A stretch of 64,000 nucleotides of DNA from an uncultured Trueperaceae bacterium (GTDB lineage: Bacteria > Deinococcota > Deinococci > Deinococcales > Trueperaceae): NCBI GenBank assembly GCA_963799485.1, contig CAWCXJ010000007.1, positions 1-64,000 of the forward strand, written 5' to 3'. The position numbers were made by a program, and so were the translations under genes. This document shows, piece by piece, positions 20,435 through 30,457 of the stretch; positions within the stretch are counted from its first letter, which is position 1, and every line of letters starts with the position of its first letter. Under the pieces are notes generated by a model. It had not been told where the DNA came from, did not search any database, and saw only the letters and a list, made by a program, of their open reading frames with translations.

Positions 20435-23100
20435 ATGAGTACGCAGCCCAACCGAGCAGAACCCCGAATACTTCGCGACTTCGACGAACATGCTGTCGCT
20501 ATTGCCAGACGGCAGTATTTTCAGCCGGATGACGGTGATTTGGCAGGGCTGTTCGGACGGGTCGCCGCGTGGGTGGCGTCACCGGAGGCCGAGAGTGAGC
20601 GGGAGGAGTTGAGGGAAACCTTCTTCAATCTCATGGCCTCGAAGCGTTTCTGCCCCGGTGGGCGGGTGCTGGCGGGCGCGGCAACCAGCCACGGCAACGT
20701 GCTGAACTGCTTTGTGCAGGACGGCTCACCCGAAACCGTCGGCACCGACGCCTGGGTCATGCATTTAGCCACCAAACTCGCGCTCGTTACCAAGGTCGGC
20801 GGCGGCAACGGGCTTTGCCTCGATCCTTTAGAACCCAAACGCCCGTACAGCGCGCGTACCGGCGGGCTCTACCTCACGATTTCGGCCTCGCACCCCGACT
20901 ACGCCAAGGTCAAAAGCGGCACCTATATGGACTTGGTTCACGGCAAATACGTGAGCAAGGGCTACCGCTACGCGTCGTTTCTCGAACAAGACGAAGTGCC
21001 CGACGCCATGCCGACGGTCAATGTGGGCGATTCGGTCGAAGGCATCTGGCAGAGCGCCGACGAAGCAGTTGGCGCAGTGCTCAGCGGCGACGACCTGCTC
21101 CTCGACCTGTCCGGGCTCCGTGCGGAAGGAACGCCGGTCAAGGGTTCGGGGGGCTCGAGCAGCGGCCCTTCATCGTTTGCCGTCGAAGTGTTCGACAACT
21201 TCGCGCTCTGGGCGTCTTTAGGCGGAGCAGCTCATGCAGGCCCGGTAGCAACGCTACGTTACATCTTCGCGCCAACGCTAAGGGTCATTCGGCAGGGCGG
21301 CACGCGGCGCGGCGCAGGCATGGCCACCATGTCGGTCACGCACCCCGATATTCAGGACTTTATCACCTGTAAGGATTTGGCACGCGAAGAACAAGAGGGG
21401 GACATCAGCACCTTCAACATCTCGGTACTGGTAACAGACGCGTTTATGAAACGGGCTAAAGAGACGCACGCCACAGGCGTACAGCAAAATGTGCTGCAAG
21501 ACGTTGCCGAACACGCGTGGCAGACCGGCGAACCGGGACTGATCTTTATCGACCGGATCAACGCCTTTAACCCGATGCGGGGTTCACTTGGGGACATTAA
21601 AGCCACTAATCCGTGCGGAGAGATACCCTTATTTCCCGGCGAACCGTGCGACTTAGGTGCTATCAACCTCGCGCAGTACGTCGAGACCTCCGATCAGGGC
21701 TTGAACGGTTTCGACTGGGCGAGTTTCAAGGACGACACCAAGACCTGTATCAGATTCCTGGATAACGTCTTAGAGGTCAACCGCTTTGCCTTGGAGGACA
21801 ACCGCAGCATGAGCATGAAGCTCCGGCGTTTGGGCTTAGGTATCATGGGCCTCGCCGACACGCTTATCAAGATGGGCTTTCGTTACGACGCCCCCGAAGG
21901 CCGCGCCGCCGTAAAAGTCATGATTAACGAACTCCGCGAGAGTGCCACCCAAGCGAGCCAAGAACTCGCCCATGAGCGCGGCGCATTTCCAATGTTTGAC
22001 GAAAGTAGTCTCGCGACCCCCCGCCGCAACGTCGCGCTGCTTGACCGTCGCCCCGACCGGCACGACGAGTATGTTGATGGGCGTCTCTTCAGGCGTCGAA
22101 CCGATTTTCGCCCCCTTTATCTACCGTAAAATCGGTGACTCGTATGCCGCGCTGGTGTCTCCCCTCTTTCCGGGAGATGCTGGAACAGCACCCCGCGCAC
22201 CCCGACTGCACGAAAAACGGGGCGTGGGACTGGGACAAGGTAGTCGAGGCCGTGCAAAACAACCACGGCAGTGTGCAGGGGATTGCGTTTATCCCCGACG
22301 CGGTGCAGCGCGTACTGGTCTGCGCCCACGACATCGCGCCCGAGGCGCACGTGCTGATGCAGGGCACCGTGCAGAGCACGTTTGATGCGGGCGGTGAACA
22401 GGTCGCCAACAGCATCTCCAAAACCATCAATATGCCCAACCATGCAACCGTCAAAGACGTGTACGACGCTTACGCTCAAGCGTTCGATACGGGTTGCAAG
22501 GGCATTACGGTCTACCGGGACGGCTCGAGACAGTTCCAAGTTTTATCGACCAAAAAGAGCGACGATAAAAAACAGCAAAAAGCCGTTCAACCTCAGCGCC
22601 CCCAGAAGGCCACTGTACAAGAAACCGAAGCTCAGCGCCTCCCCGGTGAACCGTTGTTCGACCGCCCCGGACGTTTGGTCGGCTTTACCGACAGCGTAAA
22701 ACTGACGACCTCGAGCGGTGAGCGGCGCAGCTTTTACCTGACCGTAAACAAACAAGACGACCTGCCGACCGAAGTCTTCATCCAGTCGGGCAAGGGCGGC
22801 GAAGAGATCATGGCCGACTCCGAGGCGCTCGGGCGACTTGTGTCAATTGCGCTCCAGTACGGCGTCCCGGCAGAAGCCATCGTCAAAACACTGCGCGGCA
22901 TCAACGGCGGCATGTACGGCTCGTATCAGGGCCGGATGGTCGCGTCGAAGGCCGATTTGATCGCAGTCGCGCTCGAGACCGCCGGTGTCCAGAGCCCGCC
23001 ACTCGCCAGCGCGAACTGCCCGGAAAATTGTGGCGGTCAGCTTGTCCGCGAAGAGGGCTGCGTCAAGTGCTATACCTGCGGCTACAGCAAATGCGGCTAG
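20435..23100 (+). CDS. nrdJ: Class II (AdoCbl-dependent) ribonucleotide reductase with TSCPD/Zn-ribbon C-terminus; two frameshifts (~22040, ~22168)
   Basis: NCFV, RRGAGMA, GEPG, TNPCGEIPL, RRLGLGIMG, TVAPTGT, SISKTIN, CKGITVYRDGSR and C-terminal CYTCGYSKC across three frames. Confidence 0.92.
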
Positions 23101-23288
23101 TTTAGGGCCAGCTGTAGAATAGTCTGGTGACGTTGTCCCGGTGAGCCGCGAGCCCCGCCGGGATTTTTCAATGTCCGGTCTGCTCACATAAATTCGGCGG
23201 ACGTTGCCCCAAACAAAGCCCGTTCAGCTTAAGACAACGATGACTTCTCGGCATAAACAGCTATAGAAGCGTCTTAGGTTTTAGGGTA

Positions 23289-23332
23289 TTGACAAAGATT
23301 TTTTCTTAAACTACAATTGGAAACGATTCCAA
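23289..23332 (+). promoter_or_regulatory. Sigma70 promoter with overlapping LacI-type operator
   Basis: TTGACA-17 bp-TACAAT, followed by the palindrome TTGGAAACGATTCCAA. Confidence 0.85.
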
Positions 23333-23338
23333 AACTAG

Positions 23339-24376
23339 ATGGGGCCGAATTTCGTGAAGGCTGCAGCTAAGAAGTACACAATCAAAGACGTGGCGCGGGA
23401 AGCCGAAGTGGGCGTCGGTACGGTCTCGAGAGTCTTAAACGGCGACCCCAACGTCAAAGGGGCAACGCGGCAACGTGTTTTGGAGGTCATCGGGCGCGTC
23501 GGCTATCAACCGAGTTTTTCTGCGCGTTCGCTCCGTACTCACAAATCGAGCACCATCGGCCTTATCGCCGACGCCGTAGCCACGACTCCCTACGCGGTCA
23601 ACGTAATCAAGGGTGCTCAGGCGGCGGCGTGGCGGCGCGGCAAGCTCTTGTTGGTGGTAGACGCCGACAACGACCCGGACTTGCGTGAACGGGCGTTTGA
23701 AATGATGCTCGAGCGCGAGGTCGAGGGCGTCGTCTACGCCGCGATGTTTCATCAGGAGGTCAGCCTTTCGGAGCAATTCGGGCAACTACCGACGGTGCTT
23801 GTCGATTGTTTCGACAAAGACGCAGCGTTTTCGTCGTGCGTTCCTGATGAAGTGCAAGGCGGCAGAGACGCAACCCGCGAACTCGTCAAGAAAAAGCATC
23901 GGCGTATTGCCATCATCCTCAATTCACCCCTGGCTTCCCCCTATCCGGCCCCTCGCGGGCGATTTGAAGGCTACCGACAGGCGCTGGCAGAAGCAGGTAT
24001 TGAACTTGACGTTGCTCTAGTGCGTGAGGGTGACGGCGACGCGGCCTCCGGTTTCGACCACACGCTGGCACTGATGCGCTCAGCCGAACCGCCGACTGCG
24101 CTCTTTTGCGCCACCGACCGCATGGCGATGGGCGCGTATGACGCACTTAAAAGTCTAGGCTTGCAAATTCCTCGTGACGTCTCGGTTATCGGGTTCGACA
24201 ACCAAGACGTGATTGCCCAACAGCTCTATCCGCCCTTATCGACTATGGCGCTGCCACACGCGGCGATGGGCCGGTGGGCGGTAGATTTTTTGCTCCGTGA
24301 GCGTCCCGACACGCTTCAGGAAATGCTGCCTTGCCCGCTTGTCGCGCGGGCCTCGGTCGCCTACCCGAAGGCGTGA
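23339..24376 (+). CDS. LacI-family transcriptional regulator
   Basis: TIKDVAREAEVGVGTVSRVLN HTH; DVSVIGFDN and PPLST. Confidence 0.95.
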   Translation: MGPNFVKAAAKKYTIKDVAREAEVGVGTVSRVLNGDPNVKGATRQRVLEVIGRVGYQPSFSARSLRTHKSSTIGLIADAVATTPYAVNVIKGAQAAAWRRGKLLLVVDADNDPDLRERAFEMMLEREVEGVVYAAMFHQEVSLSEQFGQLPTVLVDCFDKDAAFSSCVPDEVQGGRDATRELVKKKHRRIAIILNSPLASPYPAPRGRFEGYRQALAEAGIELDVALVREGDGDAASGFDHTLALMRSAEPPTALFCATDRMAMGAYDALKSLGLQIPRDVSVIGFDNQDVIAQQLYPPLSTMALPHAAMGRWAVDFLLRERPDTLQEMLPCPLVARASVAYPKA

Positions 24377-24507
24377 AGCCAGGGAGACGTAACCCCCGCA
24401 GATGTACCGACGGGGCGACTTTTGAAAGGAGGCAAACTGGAAACCACACCGACCGCTTGTAACTCGACTATACAAAACTGCTCGACTTGACACTTTCAGG
24501 AGGAACG

Positions 24508-25764
24508 ATGAAATACACAGCGACACTCGCAGCTGCGGCTCTCTCTACTTTAGGCGTCGCCGCCGCCCAAACCGAAGTAAGCCTGTGGACACACTCCGCC
24601 GGGAATCCCGCCGAGATGACAGCGATTCGGGGTTGGATTGAGGAGTTCAACGCCGAAAACAGCGATTACAAAGTTGTCCTCGAGGCGTTCCCCCAAGGCG
24701 CGTACAACGAGACGGTCGTCGCGGCGGCACTTTCCGACAGTATGCCGTGCATTTTAGATGTAGACGGCCCGATTACACCGAACTGGGCCTACGCGGGGTA
24801 CTTGCAGCCGCTCGACATCCCCGCCGAGACCCTCGACGCGATGCTTGACTCGACCACGGGCGAATGGGACGGTCAGGTCTACTCGCAAGGTCAGTTCGAC
24901 GCGGCAGTTGCGGTTCTCGCCAAGCGTTCCGACTTGGAAGCGCTGGGTATTCGTATTCCGACGCTCGCGGAGCCGTGGACGTATGACGAGTTTCAGGCGG
25001 CGCTGGACGCGTATAAAAACAGCGGCGAGTTCGACTACGCTTTTGATCCGGGGATGGCCCTGGTAGGCGAATGGTACCCTTACGCCTTTTCACCCTTTTT
25101 GCAGAGCTTCGGCGGCGACTTAATCGACCGCGACACCTACCTGAGCGCCGAGGGCGTCCTGAACGGCGAAGAGGCCGTTGCGTGGGGTGACTGGTGGCAG
25201 AGCCTATTTGAAGAGGACTACGCGCCGGGGACGTCGCAAGACAGCGCCGACCGCGATACCGGCTTTATCGACGGCAACTACGGGATGCAGTGGAACGGTA
25301 TCTGGGCGGCAAACGCTGCTATCGAAGCGCTCGGCGACGACGTGCTCTTTTTGCCCGCGCCGGACTTCGGCAACGGCCCGATTATCGGTGCCGGCTCGTG
25401 GCAGTGGGCGGTCAGCGCCTCGTGCCCGACGCCTGAAGCCGGAAGCGCCTGGATCAACTTCCTCCTGGAGCCCGAACGCGTCGCCCAGATTGCCGACGCG
25501 CAAAACGTCATTCCAGGGCGTGCGGACGCCATTCCGCTGACTGAGAAGTTCGTACCGGGTGGCCCTTTGGAACCGTTTTTCGCACTCTCCGAGGCGCAAG
25601 CGCTTATTCGCCCCCCGACGCCCGCCTACCTCAACATCGCCCAGGTTTTTGAAAAAGCTGCAGCCGACATCGCTAATGGCGCAGATGTGCAGGACGCGCT
25701 GGACGGTGCGGTAGACGAAATCGACGCCGACATCGAGGCGAACGGTGGGTACGGGTTCGAGTAA
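24508..25764 (+). CDS. Sugar ABC transporter substrate-binding protein
   Basis: Signal peptide, SBP_bac_1-like sequence, AGGAGG RBS, adjacent permeases. Confidence 0.88.
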   Translation: MKYTATLAAAALSTLGVAAAQTEVSLWTHSAGNPAEMTAIRGWIEEFNAENSDYKVVLEAFPQGAYNETVVAAALSDSMPCILDVDGPITPNWAYAGYLQPLDIPAETLDAMLDSTTGEWDGQVYSQGQFDAAVAVLAKRSDLEALGIRIPTLAEPWTYDEFQAALDAYKNSGEFDYAFDPGMALVGEWYPYAFSPFLQSFGGDLIDRDTYLSAEGVLNGEEAVAWGDWWQSLFEEDYAPGTSQDSADRDTGFIDGNYGMQWNGIWAANAAIEALGDDVLFLPAPDFGNGPIIGAGSWQWAVSASCPTPEAGSAWINFLLEPERVAQIADAQNVIPGRADAIPLTEKFVPGGPLEPFFALSEAQALIRPPTPAYLNIAQVFEKAAADIANGADVQDALDGAVDEIDADIEANGGYGFE

Positions 25765-25969
25765 CTTCGCTCAGTTGCCGGTGGCAGACCTTCACTCGAG
25801 ACCGCTCACACACTCAACAAGGGGTTTCAAACCCCTTTGAAGCAACTACCGCAAGCTGGTGGCATCCGCTACCAAGTCCCTATAAGTTCAGCCTGGTCGT
25901 TCAGGATGTCGGTGACGTAGTTGCTTGACCGACACCCTGAACCTTTTACACCCCCAAAGGAAGGTTGCT

Positions 25970-27088
25970 ATGTCACAAGTCCGCACTGCGGCAGCCGTAA
26001 GTCCTCCTGACGTGCCGACGACCTCGAGACGCCAAGAAGCCCTGACAGGCTGGTTGATGGCCACCCCGGTCATCGTGCTTTTAGGGCTCTTTCTCATCGT
26101 GCCGTTTTTACTGGCCTTTGGTCTTTCGTTTACCAATCAGCGGCTGATCTCGCCGAATCCGACCGAGTTTGTCGGCACGCAAAACTTTAGGAACCTCATG
26201 ACCGTGCGGCTGTTTACGCTCGAGCCCGAACAAGACGCGGCGGGTAACGCCCTCCGTGACGAAGACGGCGCGCTGAGTTACCCGGGCTTACGCAACTTTA
26301 CCCGGAACAACCCGAACTACCCGCAGCTCGACGGACTACGCGAGTTCTCCTCGTGGCAGGTCGGCGCAAACCGGCTGGTGCTGCTCGCCAGCGATACGGT
26401 TTTCCTAAAAGCAGTCTTAAATACCCTGCTGTTCGTCATTATCGTCGCACCGTTTCAGGCCGGGTTAGCGCTTATTTTGGCGCTTTTGGTCAATCAACCC
26501 CTGCGCGGCGTCAACGTTTTTCGGATGATTTACTTTATGCCGGTCGTCATCTCGATGGTCGTCGTCTCGCTCTTGTGGCGTTTTATCTACGACGGTCAGG
26601 ACGGACTGCTAAATTCTGTTTTGAGCTTCCTGAGTTTCGGGACGTTCGGGCCGGTCGACTGGCTCGGTAATCCGTCAACAGCGCTGGGCTCACTGATTGC
26701 CATGTCCATCTGGCAAGCCGTCGGCTTTCACATGGTGATCTGGCTTTCGGGGTTGCAGACAATTCCCTTCGTTCTTTACGAAGCCGCCTCGATTTCCGGG
26801 GCGAACGGCTGGCAAAAGTTCAGGTTCGTGACCTGGCCCGGCTTACGCAGCACCGCCGTGCTTATCCTGATTGTGATTACCATTCAGGCGTTCGGGCTCT
26901 TTACCCAAGTTGACGTGATGACTCGGGGCGGCCCCCGCGACGCTACCCAGTCCATCGTCTATCAGGCGGTGCAGCGCGGTTTCGACAAGCAAGACATCGC
27001 CAGCGGCTCGGCTATCTCGGTCGTGCTGTTCGTCGTGGTTTTGGCTATCTCGCTGATTCAGCGCTACTTGACCAGAGAGGACAACTGA
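25970..27088 (+). CDS. Sugar ABC transporter permease
   Basis: TM helices and EAA motif LYEAASISGAN. Confidence 0.92.
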   Translation: MSQVRTAAAVSPPDVPTTSRRQEALTGWLMATPVIVLLGLFLIVPFLLAFGLSFTNQRLISPNPTEFVGTQNFRNLMTVRLFTLEPEQDAAGNALRDEDGALSYPGLRNFTRNNPNYPQLDGLREFSSWQVGANRLVLLASDTVFLKAVLNTLLFVIIVAPFQAGLALILALLVNQPLRGVNVFRMIYFMPVVISMVVVSLLWRFIYDGQDGLLNSVLSFLSFGTFGPVDWLGNPSTALGSLIAMSIWQAVGFHMVIWLSGLQTIPFVLYEAASISGANGWQKFRFVTWPGLRSTAVLILIVITIQAFGLFTQVDVMTRGGPRDATQSIVYQAVQRGFDKQDIASGSAISVVLFVVVLAISLIQRYLTREDN

Positions 27089-27981
27089 TGTCAGCCGACA
27101 GCGGAAGATTCGTAGGAAAACGCAACCGGGGTCTCGGCACCGCCGCACGTTACGCCGTTTTAGTGGTGTTCGGCCTGATTTTCGTGCTGCCTATCTTGTT
27201 TATGGTTGTGTCGTCGTTTAAGCCCGACTTTCAGCTCCTTAGCGATACTTCTTCGTTGCGCGCATTTTTACCTGTCGGGGATTTATCGCTGAACAACTAC
27301 GCCGACGCGTTCGAGCGCGCACCCCTGGGCCGCTTCATTTTCAACTCGGTGTTTATCACAGTTACGACCGTCGCTTTCGGATTGTTTTTCAACTCGCTCG
27401 CCGGGTTTTCCTTTGCTGTGCTGAACTGGCCCGGTAAGACGGTTATGCTTACCGTGGTTATCGCCACGCTCATCGTCCCCTTTGAAACGATTGCGATTCC
27501 GCTCTTGTTCGTCGTCGATAACCTGCCGTGGGTCGGGTCGGGCGGTTTCAAGCTGGGTTGGCTGAACTCGTATCAGGTGCAAATCATCCCCTTCATCGCC
27601 GACGCCTTGTCTATCTTTTTATTTACCCAGTTCTTTCGAGACCTGCCCCGTGAACTCGCCGAGGCCGCGCGCATCGACGGTGCCAACTGGTTTCAGGTTT
27701 ACCTGCGGGTATTCGTCCCGATTTCCGGCCCGGTTTTTGCAACCGCCGCCATTCTCAAATTCCTGGTGATGTATAACCAGTACCTCTGGCCTTTAATGGT
27801 CGCACAATCCGAACAGTACCGCCCGGTGATGGTGGGCTTGCAGTACTTCTTTCAGCTCAACGTCGCGTGGGGCGAAATCATGGCCTACCTGACGATTATC
27901 ACTGTACCCGTGCTGATTTTTTACCTGAGCTTGCAGCGGGCGTTTATCGAGAGCATCGCGTCGTCGGGGGTTAAGGGTTAG
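27088..27981 (+). CDS. Sugar ABC transporter permease
   Basis: EAA motif [19 protein letters not shown]. Confidence 0.92.
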   Translation: MSADSGRFVGKRNRGLGTAARYAVLVVFGLIFVLPILFMVVSSFKPDFQLLSDTSSLRAFLPVGDLSLNNYADAFERAPLGRFIFNSVFITVTTVAFGLFFNSLAGFSFAVLNWPGKTVMLTVVIATLIVPFETIAIPLLFVVDNLPWVGSGGFKLGWLNSYQVQIIPFIADALSIFLFTQFFRDLPRELAEAARIDGANWFQVYLRVFVPISGPVFATAAILKFLVMYNQYLWPLMVAQSEQYRPVMVGLQYFFQLNVAWGEIMAYLTIITVPVLIFYLSLQRAFIESIASSGVKG

Positions 27982-28139
27982 GGCGTGAGGAATTTGGTAA
28001 AGCAGCCGAGTGGCGTGTAAGGCAGAGTGCAAAACAGAAATGTCCTCGTTCTCCCTTCGGCTCCTGTACTCACTTTGACATACCGGCTGTTTCAAGCATC
28101 TTAGCGTTCCAAGTGTATTCAAGCAGTTTTAGGAGCATT

Positions 28140-29549
28140 GTGACAGACATCAAGCGTGAACCGTGGCAGGAGGACGCCCTCACCAAACGCCGCGCTTTTG
28201 CCTCCGACCCGCACCGCCCGGTGTGCCACCTCGCGGCGCCTGCCGGGTGGCTCAACGACCCCAACGGCGTCATCGAGTGGCTGGGCGAATATCATCTGTT
28301 TTATCAGCACAACCCGAAGGGGGCCCGCTGGGGGCCGCCGCACTGGGGCCACGCCGTAAGCCGTGACCTGGTTCACTGGCACGACCGACCCGTCGCCCTG
28401 ACGCCAGCGCAGCCGCCTGTAGACGCGGGTGGCTGCTGGTCGGGTTGCGCCGTAAACGACAACGGCACCCCGACCCTCGTCTATACAGGCGTTCAGAACG
28501 ACCACTTGGGCGAGCAGACGACCTGTCTGGCCTTCGGCGACGACACGCTGACGCGCTGGCGCAAGTTTGAGGGCAACCCGGTGGTGAGGACGCCGAAAAA
28601 CCTGGGCATCACCCACAAGTCTTACCGCGACCCCTATGTTTGGAAAGAAAACGGCGTATGGTATCAGGTTATCGGCACGTCTATCGGCGGACGCGGGCAG
28701 GCGCTCTTTTACCGCTCCCCCGACCTGCGGCAGTGGGAATATCTGGACGTCCTTATCCCTCAAGCGCTCCGTGAAGAGTTTGACGACGTATGCCACACCT
28801 GGGAATGCGTAAACTTCTTTGCGCTGGGCGAGCAGCACGTTCTCATCGTATCGCTGGCAGCGGACGAGGCGCTACGCTATCCGGTCGCTTTTGTCGGTGC
28901 GTTCGACGGCAAGCAGTTTTATCCCGAAACGGTGCAGCGCGTGGACTGGGGTTACGCCTGCTTTTACGCGCCCCTGAGCTTTGAAGACAGTCGGGGCCGA
29001 AGGCTGATGTGGGGCTGGTTGCAAGAGCAGCGCCCGGTAGCAGCGCAGCTCGCGGCGGGCTGGTCGGGCGTGATGTCGCTGCCCCGCGTGCTGAGCCTCG
29101 AGCATAACCGCCTCATCCAAAACCCTGTGGCGGAACTCGCGCAACTCCGCACCTCTCACACGCAGGTAAAAGCGCAGCAAACGTTCGCCACAGCCGACCG
29201 CGCCTGTGAAGTCGAGCTGAATACGAGCTCAGCCGGAGATTTGTATATTGCCGACGGCGAAGGTACACCTCTGGCCGTTCTCAGCTACGACGCAGCGAAA
29301 CTGTTAAGTTTACAGCCCGTAAAACCGACGCTCGAGCCCGCTCACCCCTGGGAGTGTCCGCTCGAGGCTTCAACTGAAATGCTGGAACTGCACCTCTTTT
29401 TAGACGGTTCGACCATAGAGGTGTTTGCGAACACTCAGGCGCTTTCGGCGCGGCTTTACGGGGCGGCGAGCGGGTTTAGGCTCGAGTGGCGCGGCGACCC
29501 CAAAGCGCTGAGGTCGTTTGAGGTGTGGGGGTTGGGGAGTATCTACTGA
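28140..29549 (+). CDS. GH32 beta-fructofuranosidase
   Basis: WLNDPNG, WGHAVSRDL, YRDP and WEC motifs; AGGAG before GTG 28140. Confidence 0.93.
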   Translation: MTDIKREPWQEDALTKRRAFASDPHRPVCHLAAPAGWLNDPNGVIEWLGEYHLFYQHNPKGARWGPPHWGHAVSRDLVHWHDRPVALTPAQPPVDAGGCWSGCAVNDNGTPTLVYTGVQNDHLGEQTTCLAFGDDTLTRWRKFEGNPVVRTPKNLGITHKSYRDPYVWKENGVWYQVIGTSIGGRGQALFYRSPDLRQWEYLDVLIPQALREEFDDVCHTWECVNFFALGEQHVLIVSLAADEALRYPVAFVGAFDGKQFYPETVQRVDWGYACFYAPLSFEDSRGRRLMWGWLQEQRPVAAQLAAGWSGVMSLPRVLSLEHNRLIQNPVAELAQLRTSHTQVKAQQTFATADRACEVELNTSSAGDLYIADGEGTPLAVLSYDAAKLLSLQPVKPTLEPAHPWECPLEASTEMLELHLFLDGSTIEVFANTQALSARLYGAASGFRLEWRGDPKALRSFEVWGLGSIY

Positions 29550-29762
29550 GCGGGGCAAAACAGTATTGCCACACGAGCTTGATATAGCTGTCATCTCAGC
29601 GTGTGTGCCATCAGATGAATCTCAAACAGAGCGCGTCACCGACTAAATCGTACCTGCTGTGGGCAGTAACTGTTCTCTTTTTCACCAGCGCGCGCAAGGT
29701 GGGCTTGCCGTACCAGAGCGCCTGTAAGAATTTTGTGAGAGTAGCCCCGGTAGAGTAAGCAC

Positions 29763-29850
29763 CAGAAAGCTTCCACTTCCGCTCTCAACCTCCCGGGAAG
29801 CTTTCGCCAAGCTCTAACCCCGTGCTCCTGACCCCGGCGCGGGGTTTTTG
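29763..29850 (+). ncRNA. Candidate two-hairpin sRNA with C-rich loops
   Basis: TAGAGT -10 box at 29751, stem GAAAGCTTCC/GGAAGCTTTC, then a terminator AACCCCG..CGGGGTTTTT. Confidence 0.55.
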
Positions 29851-29915
29851 CTGAACGCCCCGGTAACTGCCCTGCCCGTACTCACTGGATCAAGCCCAAC
29901 ATTTACCATATGCCC

Positions 29916-30204
29916 GTAATGACAAGACCTGCCGAGTCGTACCCAGCAGGTCTTTGTCACTACCGCACCCGGATCTGCCCCATAGCGGTAAGATACACTT
30001 TACTAGTCCTCGGTAGTATAAAACAGACGCCAAAGTACCGTAAACCAGTTATATGTCCCAAAAAACAGGTTTAGGTTATCGCCGCCGGGGGCAGACCGTT
30101 GGTACGGCAATAACCTAAACCCATAAACCCCGGATACCTGGAAGGACTGGTTGAAGGTAGCGCCGGAGCCTATAGGTTACCTTATGGAAACCGGCTACGT
30201 TCAA
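29916..30204 (-). ncRNA. Candidate structured ncRNA(s): three long hairpins
   Basis: Stems at 29916-29963, 30068-30121 and 30151-30204; plus-strand A.C mismatches become G.U pairs on the minus strand. Confidence 0.45.
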
Positions 30205-30457
30205 TATGGGTAGTGCTTACGTTTTGCTCTGGAGTTGGTTTCGAACGTGACCCTGGGCTTCAGGTCGGCGTAGTGTTGACGCTTTGTTTACGCCTGTTTT
30301 GCTAATCTGCACCACAACGCCGCAACCGGCTACCGGTACGCAAAGAGGGGAGTTGGCGCAAAATGTGTACTTTGTAACCCGGCGGTGGCCCGTAAATACA
30401 CGCACCAATGCCGGGTGATGAGTTTAAGATGAAGAAAAGCTGCTGTTTGCCAAGGCG

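Noticed and set aside
20435..23100. Intein or intron in nrdJ
   Set aside because: No intein terminal motifs or homing endonuclease were seen. The breaks are single-base shifts.
29616..29759. 47-aa ORF MNLKQSASPTKSYLLWAVTVLFF...
   Set aside because: No RBS or properly spaced -10 box, only a short hydrophobic stretch, and it overlaps the sRNA promoter.
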